Below, piece after piece: positions 26,679 to 35,589 of a stretch of 42,622 nucleotides of DNA. The stretch's first letter is position 1. Each line of letters starts with the position of its first letter. The DNA is taken from IMG/VR virus record IMGVR_UViG_3300020042_012373, positions 1-42,622 of that record; one strand, 5' to 3'. This stretch comes from a virus (lineage: Duplodnaviria > Caudoviricetes). Position numbers and translations under genes: made by a program. Under the pieces are notes generated by a model. It saw nothing but the letters and a program-made list of their open reading frames with translations, did no database searches and was not told where the DNA came from.

Positions 26679-28010
26679 ATGTCACAAACAAGTAGCGCAG
26701 ATGTCTTACAGACATTCAAAAGAGTTTACGGTGATTTGACCAACCTTCTCCCCGATGATTTCCCTTTAGCTAAATATATTCCATTTAGCGAGAAGCAAAA
26801 GGTCGGTGAAAAGTACGTGGAAGCCGTGTGTTTAACGAATGAAGTGGGCTGGACCCTTTCTGACTCTACGGATGCGTTTGAACTGAACCCAGCTATCGCT
26901 GGAACGGTGAAACAAACCGAAGTTGTCCCTTATATCACCGTCCTTCCTTCGATCGTTCCATGGGCTGTCATGTCACGATCGGCAGGCGGTTCGGATAAAG
27001 CGTTTTTTGATGCTACGAAATATGTCGTTCGTAACAACCTTCGCAGTCATTCGCGATTGCAAGAGACTTTACGTCTTTATGGCCGGTCTCCCAATTTGCT
27101 TGGCGCAGTATCCTATGCGTCCCAAGTCTACCGCGGAGTGGCGTTCACCAACGGGACTGGAACCCTTCCTAACACCACTTACGGATCGGTCACCTTCACC
27201 AACGGTATCAATGCTGCAAGCAAGTTGATCCTCTTCGGACCTGGCCAATTCGCTGCAGGGATTTGGTTAGGACTTGAAGGTGTGAAGATCATGCAAGTGT
27301 CTTCCACTGGAGTCGTGCAGGCTTCCGGTAAGCTTGTTTCCGTGGATTCTGCTTACGGTATCCTCAAAGTAGACTTCACCCCAGTCGCCGCTTCCGCTGT
27401 AGGTTCTAGCCGAATCTGCTTTGACGGTATGCAAGGCTCTGGCAAAGAATACTACGGTTGTGAATACATCCTCACAAGAAACGGTAACTTGTTCGGGATT
27501 GATAACACCCAGTATAGCCTCTGGTCTGCTAACCAATATGACTGCCAAAACCAAAAGCTGTCTCTTGGTAAATTCCAAGAAGCTGTGGCAAACGCTGTCA
27601 ACAAAGGCGGCTTAGAAGGCGACCTTGACGTATGGTTGAACCCTCGGTCTTGGGCTACAATTGCAAGCACTGAAGCCGGTCTCCGAGTTTACGATTCGTC
27701 CTACAAAAAGGGTGAAGCTGAGCAAGGATTCGAGTCAGTAACATTCTACACCCAAGCTGGGAAAGCGACCTTCCGTCCTCACCGCCAAATGAGAGAAGGT
27801 ATTGCGATGGCAATGCACTCTCCTTCTTGGTCTCGATCGGGCTCCGCTGAGGTATCTTTTCAGGTTCCTGGCATCGCTCAAGATGTCATATTTCCCCTAG
27901 TAAATCAAGCCGGTTACGCTTTTCGAAGTTACTCAGACCAGTATATTTTTAACCATGAACCAGCTAAACAAATTTACTTCTACAACATCAATGACGAAGC
28001 CGCTTCCTAG
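26679..28010 (+). CDS. Major capsid protein
   Basis: 443 aa, after the scaffold and followed by a terminator; DVWLNPRSWATI segment and Gly/Thr-rich insertion consistent with an HK97 fold. Confidence 0.82.
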   Translation: MSQTSSADVLQTFKRVYGDLTNLLPDDFPLAKYIPFSEKQKVGEKYVEAVCLTNEVGWTLSDSTDAFELNPAIAGTVKQTEVVPYITVLPSIVPWAVMSRSAGGSDKAFFDATKYVVRNNLRSHSRLQETLRLYGRSPNLLGAVSYASQVYRGVAFTNGTGTLPNTTYGSVTFTNGINAASKLILFGPGQFAAGIWLGLEGVKIMQVSSTGVVQASGKLVSVDSAYGILKVDFTPVAASAVGSSRICFDGMQGSGKEYYGCEYILTRNGNLFGIDNTQYSLWSANQYDCQNQKLSLGKFQEAVANAVNKGGLEGDLDVWLNPRSWATIASTEAGLRVYDSSYKKGEAEQGFESVTFYTQAGKATFRPHRQMREGIAMAMHSPSWSRSGSAEVSFQVPGIAQDVIFPLVNQAGYAFRSYSDQYIFNHEPAKQIYFYNINDEAAS

Positions 28011-28021
28011 TTGAGATTCTT

Positions 28022-28071
28022 TTGCCAGCCCCGCTTTGTTACTCCTTTCTTAGCGCGGGCTGGCAATTTTT
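28022..28071 (+). terminator. Intrinsic terminator after the capsid gene
   Basis: TTGCCAGCCC-CGCT pairs with AGCG-C-GGGCTGGCAA, 16-nt loop, then TTTTT. Confidence 0.75.
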
Positions 28072-28090
28072 CACATAAGGTTTTTTCTAC

Positions 28091-31000
28091 ATGCCTATAA
28101 GCAAAACATGGCCGAGCGGTGGGACAAACCCAGTTCCTACAACATACCAAATCCCGCTCAACACAGAATTAAACTGGACGACTTTGACGACCTTCCTTCA
28201 AGCATTGGCTGACAGTGCTCAAGGGACTTCGTTTCAAAAATTTGCACTACGGAGAGCGATTGCGACCCCAGTATCCGTAGTGGCGACCACTGATTGTGCT
28301 GTAGTCACTGACTTGACGGTCGCTGGACCGGTAGTAGTCAACTTGCCAGCCGGTGCTGATAAGCAAATATATTTCATCATGGACGGGAAAGGTGATGCTG
28401 CGACAAACAACATCACAATCAATAGAGCCGGGGCAGATACGATCAGGGGCGGGACTTCCCTAGTCCTCGATCGACCCTACGGCGGCGTGATCCTGATGTA
28501 TAACGCGGCCTCCACAGACTGGAAAGTCTTTGGTCCGTTTATCACTGCAGGCGGTGTCATTCCTTCGGACTTTGTAGGCATTCTTCCCACGACAAAAGGG
28601 GGGACAGGGGTTAACGGGACTGCGACATTTCCAGGGTCGGGGACCGTGGCTATTTACCCCATCTCGCTCACCACTGATGTGTCGGGCATTCTCCCCGTGG
28701 CCAATGGAGGAACGGGTATTGCCTCTCTTGGTGCTGGAGTAGCTACTTTCTTAGGCACTCCCTCTAGCGCCAACCTAGCTTCTGCAGTCACCGACGAGAC
28801 TGGAACTGGAGCTCTAGTATTCGGAACATCTCCCACGATCACCTCCGCCGCTCTAGTCACCCCAGCCTTGGGCACTCCTGCAAGCGGTGTCATGACTAAC
28901 GTCACAGGCCTTCCCTTGACCACAGGGGTTACTGGTATACTACCTGAGGCCAATGGGGGCACGGGTATAGGATCTTTAGGGGCAGGAGTCGCAACATGGT
29001 TAGGAACGCCAAGCAGTGCAAACCTAGCAAGCGCGGTGACAGACGAAACCGGGACGGGGAGCCTGGTCTTTGCGAACTCACCGACTTTTATCACTCCGAG
29101 TCTTGGGACTCCAGCAAGCGGAGTCGCGACGAATTTAACAGGCTTACCTCTGACGACTGGAGTCACTGGGACGCTACCGATTTTGAACGGTGGGACTGGG
29201 CAGACGACGGCAAATACCGCACTTAATGCCTTACTTCCTACGCAGACTTCTAGTGCGAATAAATTCCTAAGGACCGATGGGACGAACACCCTTTGGGCGA
29301 CTGCTTCAGGCGGAGCCGGTGAGATTAACGCTGTCTTAAACCCCTCGGGAGCTGACGGGACGACAGGCTGGACTGGGACGACGGTAGTGAGTGGCGCTTC
29401 AAGCCCGCTTAATCCGATTGTCACTACAGCATTTAGCATCTCGAATGCTGCGACTCCGCAAACTTCCACGACCGGTGGTTATTACCCGTTTACCATGCCT
29501 ACGGGTTTGGCGAACCAAAAGCTCAAGGTTCAATTCAGCTTCCTGACTCCAGCGACCGACGTATACCAAGTTTCGGTCTATACAGGGACGACTCGGGTAT
29601 CCTTGTCTACAGATGCGACCGGGGTGTCAATACTCCCCGCGGGCACAAACGGTAGATTTACCGCGTATTTCGACGCAGATAGCTCCACAACCTGGACAGT
29701 GGGTGTGACTAGGACGAGTGGATCTACAGGCGCTTGCGTGATCACGAATGTGATTGTAGGGCCGGGGATACAGGCTGGGGCTCCTGCTTTAGAGGATTGG
29801 AAGAGTTATACCCCTACTGCAGCTAACCTAGGCTCCGGGTCAATTACTGTTCAATACAGTCGTTACCGAAGAGTAGGCACTTCCATGGAGATTCAAGGAA
29901 GGGTAAATAAAGTTGGCGCTGGTAGTGGCACAACGGCCATTACGCTAACTTTACCGACAGGGTATACGATTGACTATACTGGAGTTGGTAATAGTTCTGA
30001 AAATGGTTTGGTAGGCTCTGCCTCGACATTCAACGGAAATAACTCTTCTCTTTATGTCGCAGTTAACAGTGCTGCAGCTAACATAATTAGATTTGTATAT
30101 ACCACAAATATAGCTGACCAAGCCCTTAGAGGAACTGATTTTAATAACGGTGGCCAGCTTTTATATGAAGCTTTAATCCCCATCGCAGAGTGGGCCGGGA
30201 GCGGCACAGTAAATCTGGCACAGAATGATGTAGAGTATGCTTATAATACGAGTACTTCTACAACCGCCACTGATACCACTAGCTTTGGGTATGGTCCCCA
30301 AGGCGCTACAATTCAGTCTATTACTGCAGCTTTAACCAGAAGGGTACAATTCCAAACTCCAATTCAGACAGGGGACCAGTTAGTTCTAGAGCTATCTAGT
30401 GATGGTGTAATATGGGTACCTTCATCCCAGGTTCCTTATCTCAGTAGATATTATGATGACTTTGTATCTCAGTTTTATGGTATCGGATGGCAGGCAGTTG
30501 GTCCGTCTACTGTAGATGTATTGTTTGGTAGATATTCACAAGATGATGGTACACCCGGAAGTACAGGCGAAGCATGGTCAGCAAGAGGGTTGAATGCCTA
30601 CAAATGGCGAGTACGCAAGTCCTCCCCTGGTGCCGCTGTAGGGTTTGGGATTGTGTCAGAAACTTCTAGTGGTTTACTACCATCCACAAACACCAATTTG
30701 GATAATGCCTCAGCTACTAGGTTGGGACTTAAGCAATACCTACATGGGACTACCTATAATGGTGGGAATGCTCCCACAATCTCTGCCGGGGCCGATATAT
30801 CGAGTATTGGAACCGTTGTTCGAGGCTTGTTCATTCCATACCAAATGCAAGATAATACATGGAGAATGAGATTTACATTCTATGTAAGCGGAGCGACGAG
30901 TGTGGCTTCGACCTCTCACTTTATTGCTATCGCTGGTATCTTATTTAAAAATGTCTCGAATTTTTATCAAATGGTGGCGTCTGATGTTGGGATATTCTCA

Positions 31001-31120
31001 CAGGGTTTAGCCTTCCCAAATACCAATACAATAAGATTCTCCAGCATTAGCTCAATACCGACAGATTACTATTGCGCTGGGGACGTAGAACTAAACTCTA
31101 AACCAACTTGGGCTTACTAA
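28091..31120 (+). CDS. Tail fibre / receptor-binding protein, 1009 aa
   Basis: G/T/S/A-rich; repeated LP..NGGTG motifs; WKSYTPT..YRRVG beta domains; modular C-terminus. Confidence 0.85.
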   Translation: MPISKTWPSGGTNPVPTTYQIPLNTELNWTTLTTFLQALADSAQGTSFQKFALRRAIATPVSVVATTDCAVVTDLTVAGPVVVNLPAGADKQIYFIMDGKGDAATNNITINRAGADTIRGGTSLVLDRPYGGVILMYNAASTDWKVFGPFITAGGVIPSDFVGILPTTKGGTGVNGTATFPGSGTVAIYPISLTTDVSGILPVANGGTGIASLGAGVATFLGTPSSANLASAVTDETGTGALVFGTSPTITSAALVTPALGTPASGVMTNVTGLPLTTGVTGILPEANGGTGIGSLGAGVATWLGTPSSANLASAVTDETGTGSLVFANSPTFITPSLGTPASGVATNLTGLPLTTGVTGTLPILNGGTGQTTANTALNALLPTQTSSANKFLRTDGTNTLWATASGGAGEINAVLNPSGADGTTGWTGTTVVSGASSPLNPIVTTAFSISNAATPQTSTTGGYYPFTMPTGLANQKLKVQFSFLTPATDVYQVSVYTGTTRVSLSTDATGVSILPAGTNGRFTAYFDADSSTTWTVGVTRTSGSTGACVITNVIVGPGIQAGAPALEDWKSYTPTAANLGSGSITVQYSRYRRVGTSMEIQGRVNKVGAGSGTTAITLTLPTGYTIDYTGVGNSSENGLVGSASTFNGNNSSLYVAVNSAAANIIRFVYTTNIADQALRGTDFNNGGQLLYEALIPIAEWAGSGTVNLAQNDVEYAYNTSTSTTATDTTSFGYGPQGATIQSITAALTRRVQFQTPIQTGDQLVLELSSDGVIWVPSSQVPYLSRYYDDFVSQFYGIGWQAVGPSTVDVLFGRYSQDDGTPGSTGEAWSARGLNAYKWRVRKSSPGAAVGFGIVSETSSGLLPSTNTNLDNASATRLGLKQYLHGTTYNGGNAPTISAGADISSIGTVVRGLFIPYQMQDNTWRMRFTFYVSGATSVASTSHFIAIAGILFKNVSNFYQMVASDVGIFSQGLAFPNTNTIRFSSISSIPTDYYCAGDVELNSKPTWAY
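28685..29200 (+). repeat. Tandem ~80-aa protein repeat in the tail fibre
   Basis: GILP.ANGGTG..LGTPSSANLASAVTDETGTG..GLPLTTGVT units start at 28685 and 28934, partial at 29168. Confidence 0.85.
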
Positions 31121-31138
31121 CATAAAAGGATAAAATAA

Positions 31139-31480
31139 ATGAACCTAAACCCCATGGTAAAAAGCAAGAAAATGTCAGCTCTAAAGGAGCTCATCAAGCA
31201 AATGTTCGAGCTCGAAGCTAGCGGCGAAAAAGACACCGCGGTTGATATCGGCCAAGAGCTCCATGAATCCATGGAATCTCCTGAAGAGGAGAAACTGGAA
31301 CACCTTGGAGGTATCACCGAAGAAGAAGAGAACGCGGCTGAGCCTGAAGGCGAGGACATGCAAGAGACTATGAAGAAATTCTTCAAAATGTCTAGCAAAT
31401 CACCAGTCAAAGGGAAGTCGAAGAAGATCATAGCTCGCATGGACTTCGGCAAACCAAAAGAAAAGAAAACTTTAGCATGA
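31139..31480 (+). CDS. Hypothetical protein with acidic core and basic ends
   Basis: 113-aa ORF, AAGGA RBS. Confidence 0.65.
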   Translation: MNLNPMVKSKKMSALKELIKQMFELEASGEKDTAVDIGQELHESMESPEEEKLEHLGGITEEEENAAEPEGEDMQETMKKFFKMSSKSPVKGKSKKIIARMDFGKPKEKKTLA

Positions 31481-31626
31481 TTCGATTCAATCTCAGTAAT
31501 ATCCTAACGGTGTTGACCATATTTGCCTGCTTTCAGTGTGAGAACAACCGAAGAGTCGAAGACATAAAAGAATGTATCAAAAGAGAGTTGGCAGAGATTT
31601 GCATCAAGATGCACAAAGGTCTGTAA
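31477..31626 (+). CDS. 49-aa Cys-containing membrane micro-protein (not in ORF track)
   Basis: MIRFNLSNILTVLTIFACFQCENNRRVEDIKECIKRELAEICIKMHKGL; ATGA overlap; fills the gap to 31628. Confidence 0.55.
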   Translation: MIRFNLSNILTVLTIFACFQCENNRRVEDIKECIKRELAEICIKMHKGL

Positions 31627-31627
31627 C

Positions 31628-32578
31628 ATGATTAGTTCTGATGATGTATTAACATCGGTAAAAAGGGCGGTGAGCGTCCCAGCAAGTCAGCCACTATTGA
31701 CCGATGCTGATATCTTGTCACTGGCTGATGAAATCATCGCTTCGAGAATCGTGTCGTTAATCGAAAGCTTCGATACCGAGTTTTTCCTTCGAAAAGACAT
31801 TATCCCTATCGTCGGTGGGCAGGATCTATACGATATCCCCTACCGGTCCATGGCTCGAGGACTCAGAGACCTAGTGGTCACAGACAATAGCGGGAACAAA
31901 AGAAGCCTCCCCCTTATAGGACTGGAAGACCTGCCTTTTTATATCAATTCGACTTCGGTAGCGGGTTTCTTATTCCAGGGGGACCAAATCAAGCTCGTCC
32001 CCGGTGTCCCCCAATTCCCGACCAGCATATCCCTGGAAGTGTGGTGGCGACTCCCTCCAAGCAAACTCATGTCGGTATCGACTGCAGGAGTCGTGACGAA
32101 TATCTCTTACGCTCAGGCGGGATTTGATCTTGTCACCCTATCGAGTATCCCTGCTTATTGTGTCACGGGGACTGAAGTCGACTTCGTAAAGAAGAAAAGC
32201 GGAAGCTCGATACTCGAGTTTGATAAGACCATTCAAAACATCGCTGGGAATACCCTGTCCTTTGTGGAAGGCGAGGTTCCAGCCACTTTGTCGATTGGTG
32301 ACTACGTTTGCCCCCCTGGACAAAGCCCAGTGCTTAACCAAATCCCTAACGAGGCTATCGGTCTGATTCGGTCTCATGTGACATACCGAATCCTGATGGC
32401 TATCGGTGACTATGACGCTGCAGGTCTGATCAATAAGCAGGATATTCCCGCGGAAGAAAAGGACTTCAAATCGATCATGTCCCCAAGAATAGACGGTGAG
32501 CCTATCATCGTGATTAACCGTCGGTCCTTAGTGCGTGGCAACAAATTTAGCCAAAGACGTTGGATTGGTCCCCCATGA
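31628..32578 (+). CDS. Head-tail adaptor (tail tubular protein A-like)
   Basis: Helical N-terminus DVLTSVKR..DILSLADE, GQDLYDIPYR, located before the nozzle gene. Confidence 0.68.
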   Translation: MISSDDVLTSVKRAVSVPASQPLLTDADILSLADEIIASRIVSLIESFDTEFFLRKDIIPIVGGQDLYDIPYRSMARGLRDLVVTDNSGNKRSLPLIGLEDLPFYINSTSVAGFLFQGDQIKLVPGVPQFPTSISLEVWWRLPPSKLMSVSTAGVVTNISYAQAGFDLVTLSSIPAYCVTGTEVDFVKKKSGSSILEFDKTIQNIAGNTLSFVEGEVPATLSIGDYVCPPGQSPVLNQIPNEAIGLIRSHVTYRILMAIGDYDAAGLINKQDIPAEEKDFKSIMSPRIDGEPIIVINRRSLVRGNKFSQRRWIGPP

Positions 32579-35500
32579 GCTACACATACCCCGAGATAAG
32601 ACAATTTAAGGGTCGGTATGCCCAACGTAACAGTTTTGAGGTGCCCGACGGTGCGTTAGAAACTGCACTTAATGTGACTGTGGCCAATGATTTTCTTATC
32701 TCAAAACGCCGGGGGTTTTATGGCTACTTCACCCCTGGAAGCGGGACCCTCAAGGGTCTTGAGAAGTACGAGAACACTCTCGTTTCATTTTATACCGACA
32801 AGGTCGCGCATTACGCTGATACCGGGACTGCCCCAAATGAAACCGGAAGTGAAACAGTTAATGGCCTGGAAACCGGGACTACTGTCTCAATTACAGGAAC
32901 TAGAATACCTCGGACCATGCAGGCTAGTGAAAACCTCTATTTCACAACCATAACGGGGGTCAAAAAGCTGACTTCCTTTGATAGCCTCGTAGCCTCTGCG
33001 AGCTCCCCACCGGCCGCCGACTTAACCGCGGTATTCATCCCTGGAAGTGTGGCGACATGGTTTGGGGCAGATAAGAGTGTCAGCTACCGCGTTCTTTTTG
33101 GGAGAAAGGACGCAAACGATAACTTGCTCCTCGGTGCCCCAAGTGACGTAGCCACGATCTTAAACCCTGCGACCACTGGAGTGTCCTATACCTCCTCAGG
33201 CGCGGGACCTTGGGTTGTCACAGTCGTAAGCTCCTCTCACGGAATGGTAGCGAGCACGTACGTCCAGCTTTATGGTGCCGCCGATCCTGATGCAAACGGG
33301 ACCTTTCTGGTCACCATAGTTGACGCGAATACATTCCAGTATACAGTTACCAGTGGAGACCCGACCTCGGGGACGATTAACTGGGCTCTTAGCTCCGCGG
33401 TCCTGCTTGAGACCACAGTCCCGGAAGAGTGTGCTGATGTGTCCCAAGGCTGGTTCGTGCAGATTTACCGGAACGATCAGCAAAATATCTCGGTCGACCC
33501 CTTTAGCACTTACAAATTCTTAATCCAAAGAACCCTAACAGCCCTTGAGATTGCGACGAACGTCCTGCAGTTCACAGATACCACGCCGGACTTACTCCGC
33601 GGTGCTGAGCTCTACACCAATGAGAATACGCAAGAAGGGGAAGCCCAAGCGAACTACGGGATTCCCAAGCCTACAGACATGTGCCTCTTTAAGAATTATG
33701 GCTTTTATTCTGATTGCGTGACACATGCTTTCATCGAGACTGCAATTGTCGACCCCACCAAGCTAGCCAACGGTGATCTGATTGTCCTGAGAATCGTCGA
33801 TGTTTCCACAGTCGATGAGACCTACGTCGCGAGGACTGGAGTCGCTAACCAGCTCACTTGGACAAATGCTGTCAGTGGTGGGCCTGTAGTTACCATAACC
33901 TATTCTGGCCACGGATTTGCAAACGGAGATTTGGTGTTTTTCACCAATATCGTAGGGGGGACCTACGCAAACCAAGGCGCGGTGATCAGCGGCGTCAGCG
34001 CGACACAGTTTACGGCGACTCTCGTCGGATCGGGAACCCCGACAAGTTTATTTTTCGAGGGATTGTCTGATACCTCAGGCCAGCCGATCTTCAAGCTAAG
34101 TCAGAGCTCAAGCTTCGCGGTGTCCCTCGCTGAAACCGCGCAAGGCCTGGTTAAAGCGATATCCCGAAACCCTGGAGGCCTTTGCTACGGTAAATATTTA
34201 TCGGATTTTAGCGAAGTCCCTGGCCAGGTCGGTATCTTTGCGCGGTATTTCCCGACACAGATTGCACTACGGGCAAGCACGCCCCTAGCTGGAACTGCCT
34301 TTAGCCCTCCACTCCCCAGTTCCTTCGCAAGTGGGACGCAAGTCACCTCCGGGACTGTGAATCAGAGACACCATATTTACATTTCCAAGCTGAGCGAGCC
34401 GGAAGCGGTACCCTTGCTTAACTTTCTCCCCGTAGGATCCGAAAACCAGGCGATTCTTCGCATCAAAGCCCTTCGTGACTCCGTAATTGTGATCAAAGAA
34501 GACGGGGTTTTTCGCCTTTCTGGGGATAGTCCCCAAAACTTTGTGGTGACGATCCTCGATTCTACGGTGTTATGCGCTGGGACCGATACGGTAAGCGTGA
34601 TTAACAACCAAGTTGCGATGCTTTCTAACGTGGGTGTGGTCCTTATCTCGGAAACCGCGGTCAATATTATCTCAAGAAAGATCGAAGAGGACATAAGACC
34701 GATTTTGGGCAGGCCAGACACTCTTTCCCATGGTGTTGCCTATGAGAGTGAGCGGATTTACCTACTAACATGCTCAAAACCTAACGATCCTACCCTGTCC
34801 GTGTGTCACATTTACAACAATTTGACCGACGAGTGGACGACTTGGGACAAGCTTTTTATTGCGGGAGTGGTGGGACCTGAAGACACTCTTTATTTGGTCA
34901 ATTTGACAAATCAGATCTTGATCGAACGGAAATCGCAGACTAGAATCGATTATTCTGATCAAAACCATAGTTCTACGATTTTATCAGTCTCTCCAGATGG
35001 GGCTGATATTTCGTTTTCTTTATCGGGGGTCATTCCTGAGGCGGGAGATATCTTAGTCGCTGGAAATGTGATCAATCGGATCAAAACGACCCCCGCGGTG
35101 ATCGGAGTGAATGAGTATTCCTGCACACTCCAAGTCCCCACGACCCTCATAGCTTCAGACACTCCGACATTCTATAAAAGCATCAGGTCTGTGATTGGAA
35201 CGGCCCCCTTCCACGCGGGAGCGACTGGAAGATCGAAACAGTTTGCCCAGACCCAGCTCCATTTTAGAAGCGATCAATGCTCACGGCTGAACATCTTTTT
35301 CACGGGGGACACCTACCTAGGATCCAACCCAGTGACATGGGAAGCCCTATGGAACCGGGCAGGATGGGGCTTTTTCCCGTGGGCTTTTGACTTTTTCGGC
35401 CAAGGTGACGGGATTGACCTACCGATCGGGACAGCACCGGCTCCTATTTGTAGGATTTATGTCCCCATCCAGCAACAAAGAACCACTTACATACAGACTT

Positions 35501-35589
35501 ACATCACGCACACCGAAGCCGGTGAAGCGATCAATCTTCAGGCGCAAAGTTGGGCCTTGAGAGCTTATGCGGAAAGGGTTTCCCGTTGA
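32575..35589 (+). CDS. Tail nozzle / stabilisation protein (tail tubular protein B-like)
   Basis: ~1000-aa beta-rich; N-terminal EVPDGAL..A.NV...SKRRG; propeller-like IYISK..EPEAVP and VIVIKEDGVFRL; ATGA overlap at 32575. Confidence 0.75.
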   Translation: MSYTYPEIRQFKGRYAQRNSFEVPDGALETALNVTVANDFLISKRRGFYGYFTPGSGTLKGLEKYENTLVSFYTDKVAHYADTGTAPNETGSETVNGLETGTTVSITGTRIPRTMQASENLYFTTITGVKKLTSFDSLVASASSPPAADLTAVFIPGSVATWFGADKSVSYRVLFGRKDANDNLLLGAPSDVATILNPATTGVSYTSSGAGPWVVTVVSSSHGMVASTYVQLYGAADPDANGTFLVTIVDANTFQYTVTSGDPTSGTINWALSSAVLLETTVPEECADVSQGWFVQIYRNDQQNISVDPFSTYKFLIQRTLTALEIATNVLQFTDTTPDLLRGAELYTNENTQEGEAQANYGIPKPTDMCLFKNYGFYSDCVTHAFIETAIVDPTKLANGDLIVLRIVDVSTVDETYVARTGVANQLTWTNAVSGGPVVTITYSGHGFANGDLVFFTNIVGGTYANQGAVISGVSATQFTATLVGSGTPTSLFFEGLSDTSGQPIFKLSQSSSFAVSLAETAQGLVKAISRNPGGLCYGKYLSDFSEVPGQVGIFARYFPTQIALRASTPLAGTAFSPPLPSSFASGTQVTSGTVNQRHHIYISKLSEPEAVPLLNFLPVGSENQAILRIKALRDSVIVIKEDGVFRLSGDSPQNFVVTILDSTVLCAGTDTVSVINNQVAMLSNVGVVLISETAVNIISRKIEEDIRPILGRPDTLSHGVAYESERIYLLTCSKPNDPTLSVCHIYNNLTDEWTTWDKLFIAGVVGPEDTLYLVNLTNQILIERKSQTRIDYSDQNHSSTILSVSPDGADISFSLSGVIPEAGDILVAGNVINRIKTTPAVIGVNEYSCTLQVPTTLIASDTPTFYKSIRSVIGTAPFHAGATGRSKQFAQTQLHFRSDQCSRLNIFFTGDTYLGSNPVTWEALWNRAGWGFFPWAFDFFGQGDGIDLPIGTAPAPICRIYVPIQQQRTTYIQTYITHTEAGEAINLQAQSWALRAYAERVSR

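Noticed and set aside
28654-29469. 271-aa minus-strand ORF
   Set aside because: Antisense shadow of the Gly/Thr-rich fibre repeats.
28091-31120. Diversity-generating retroelement target
   Set aside because: No reverse transcriptase and no template/variable repeat pair with adenine-specific differences was seen.
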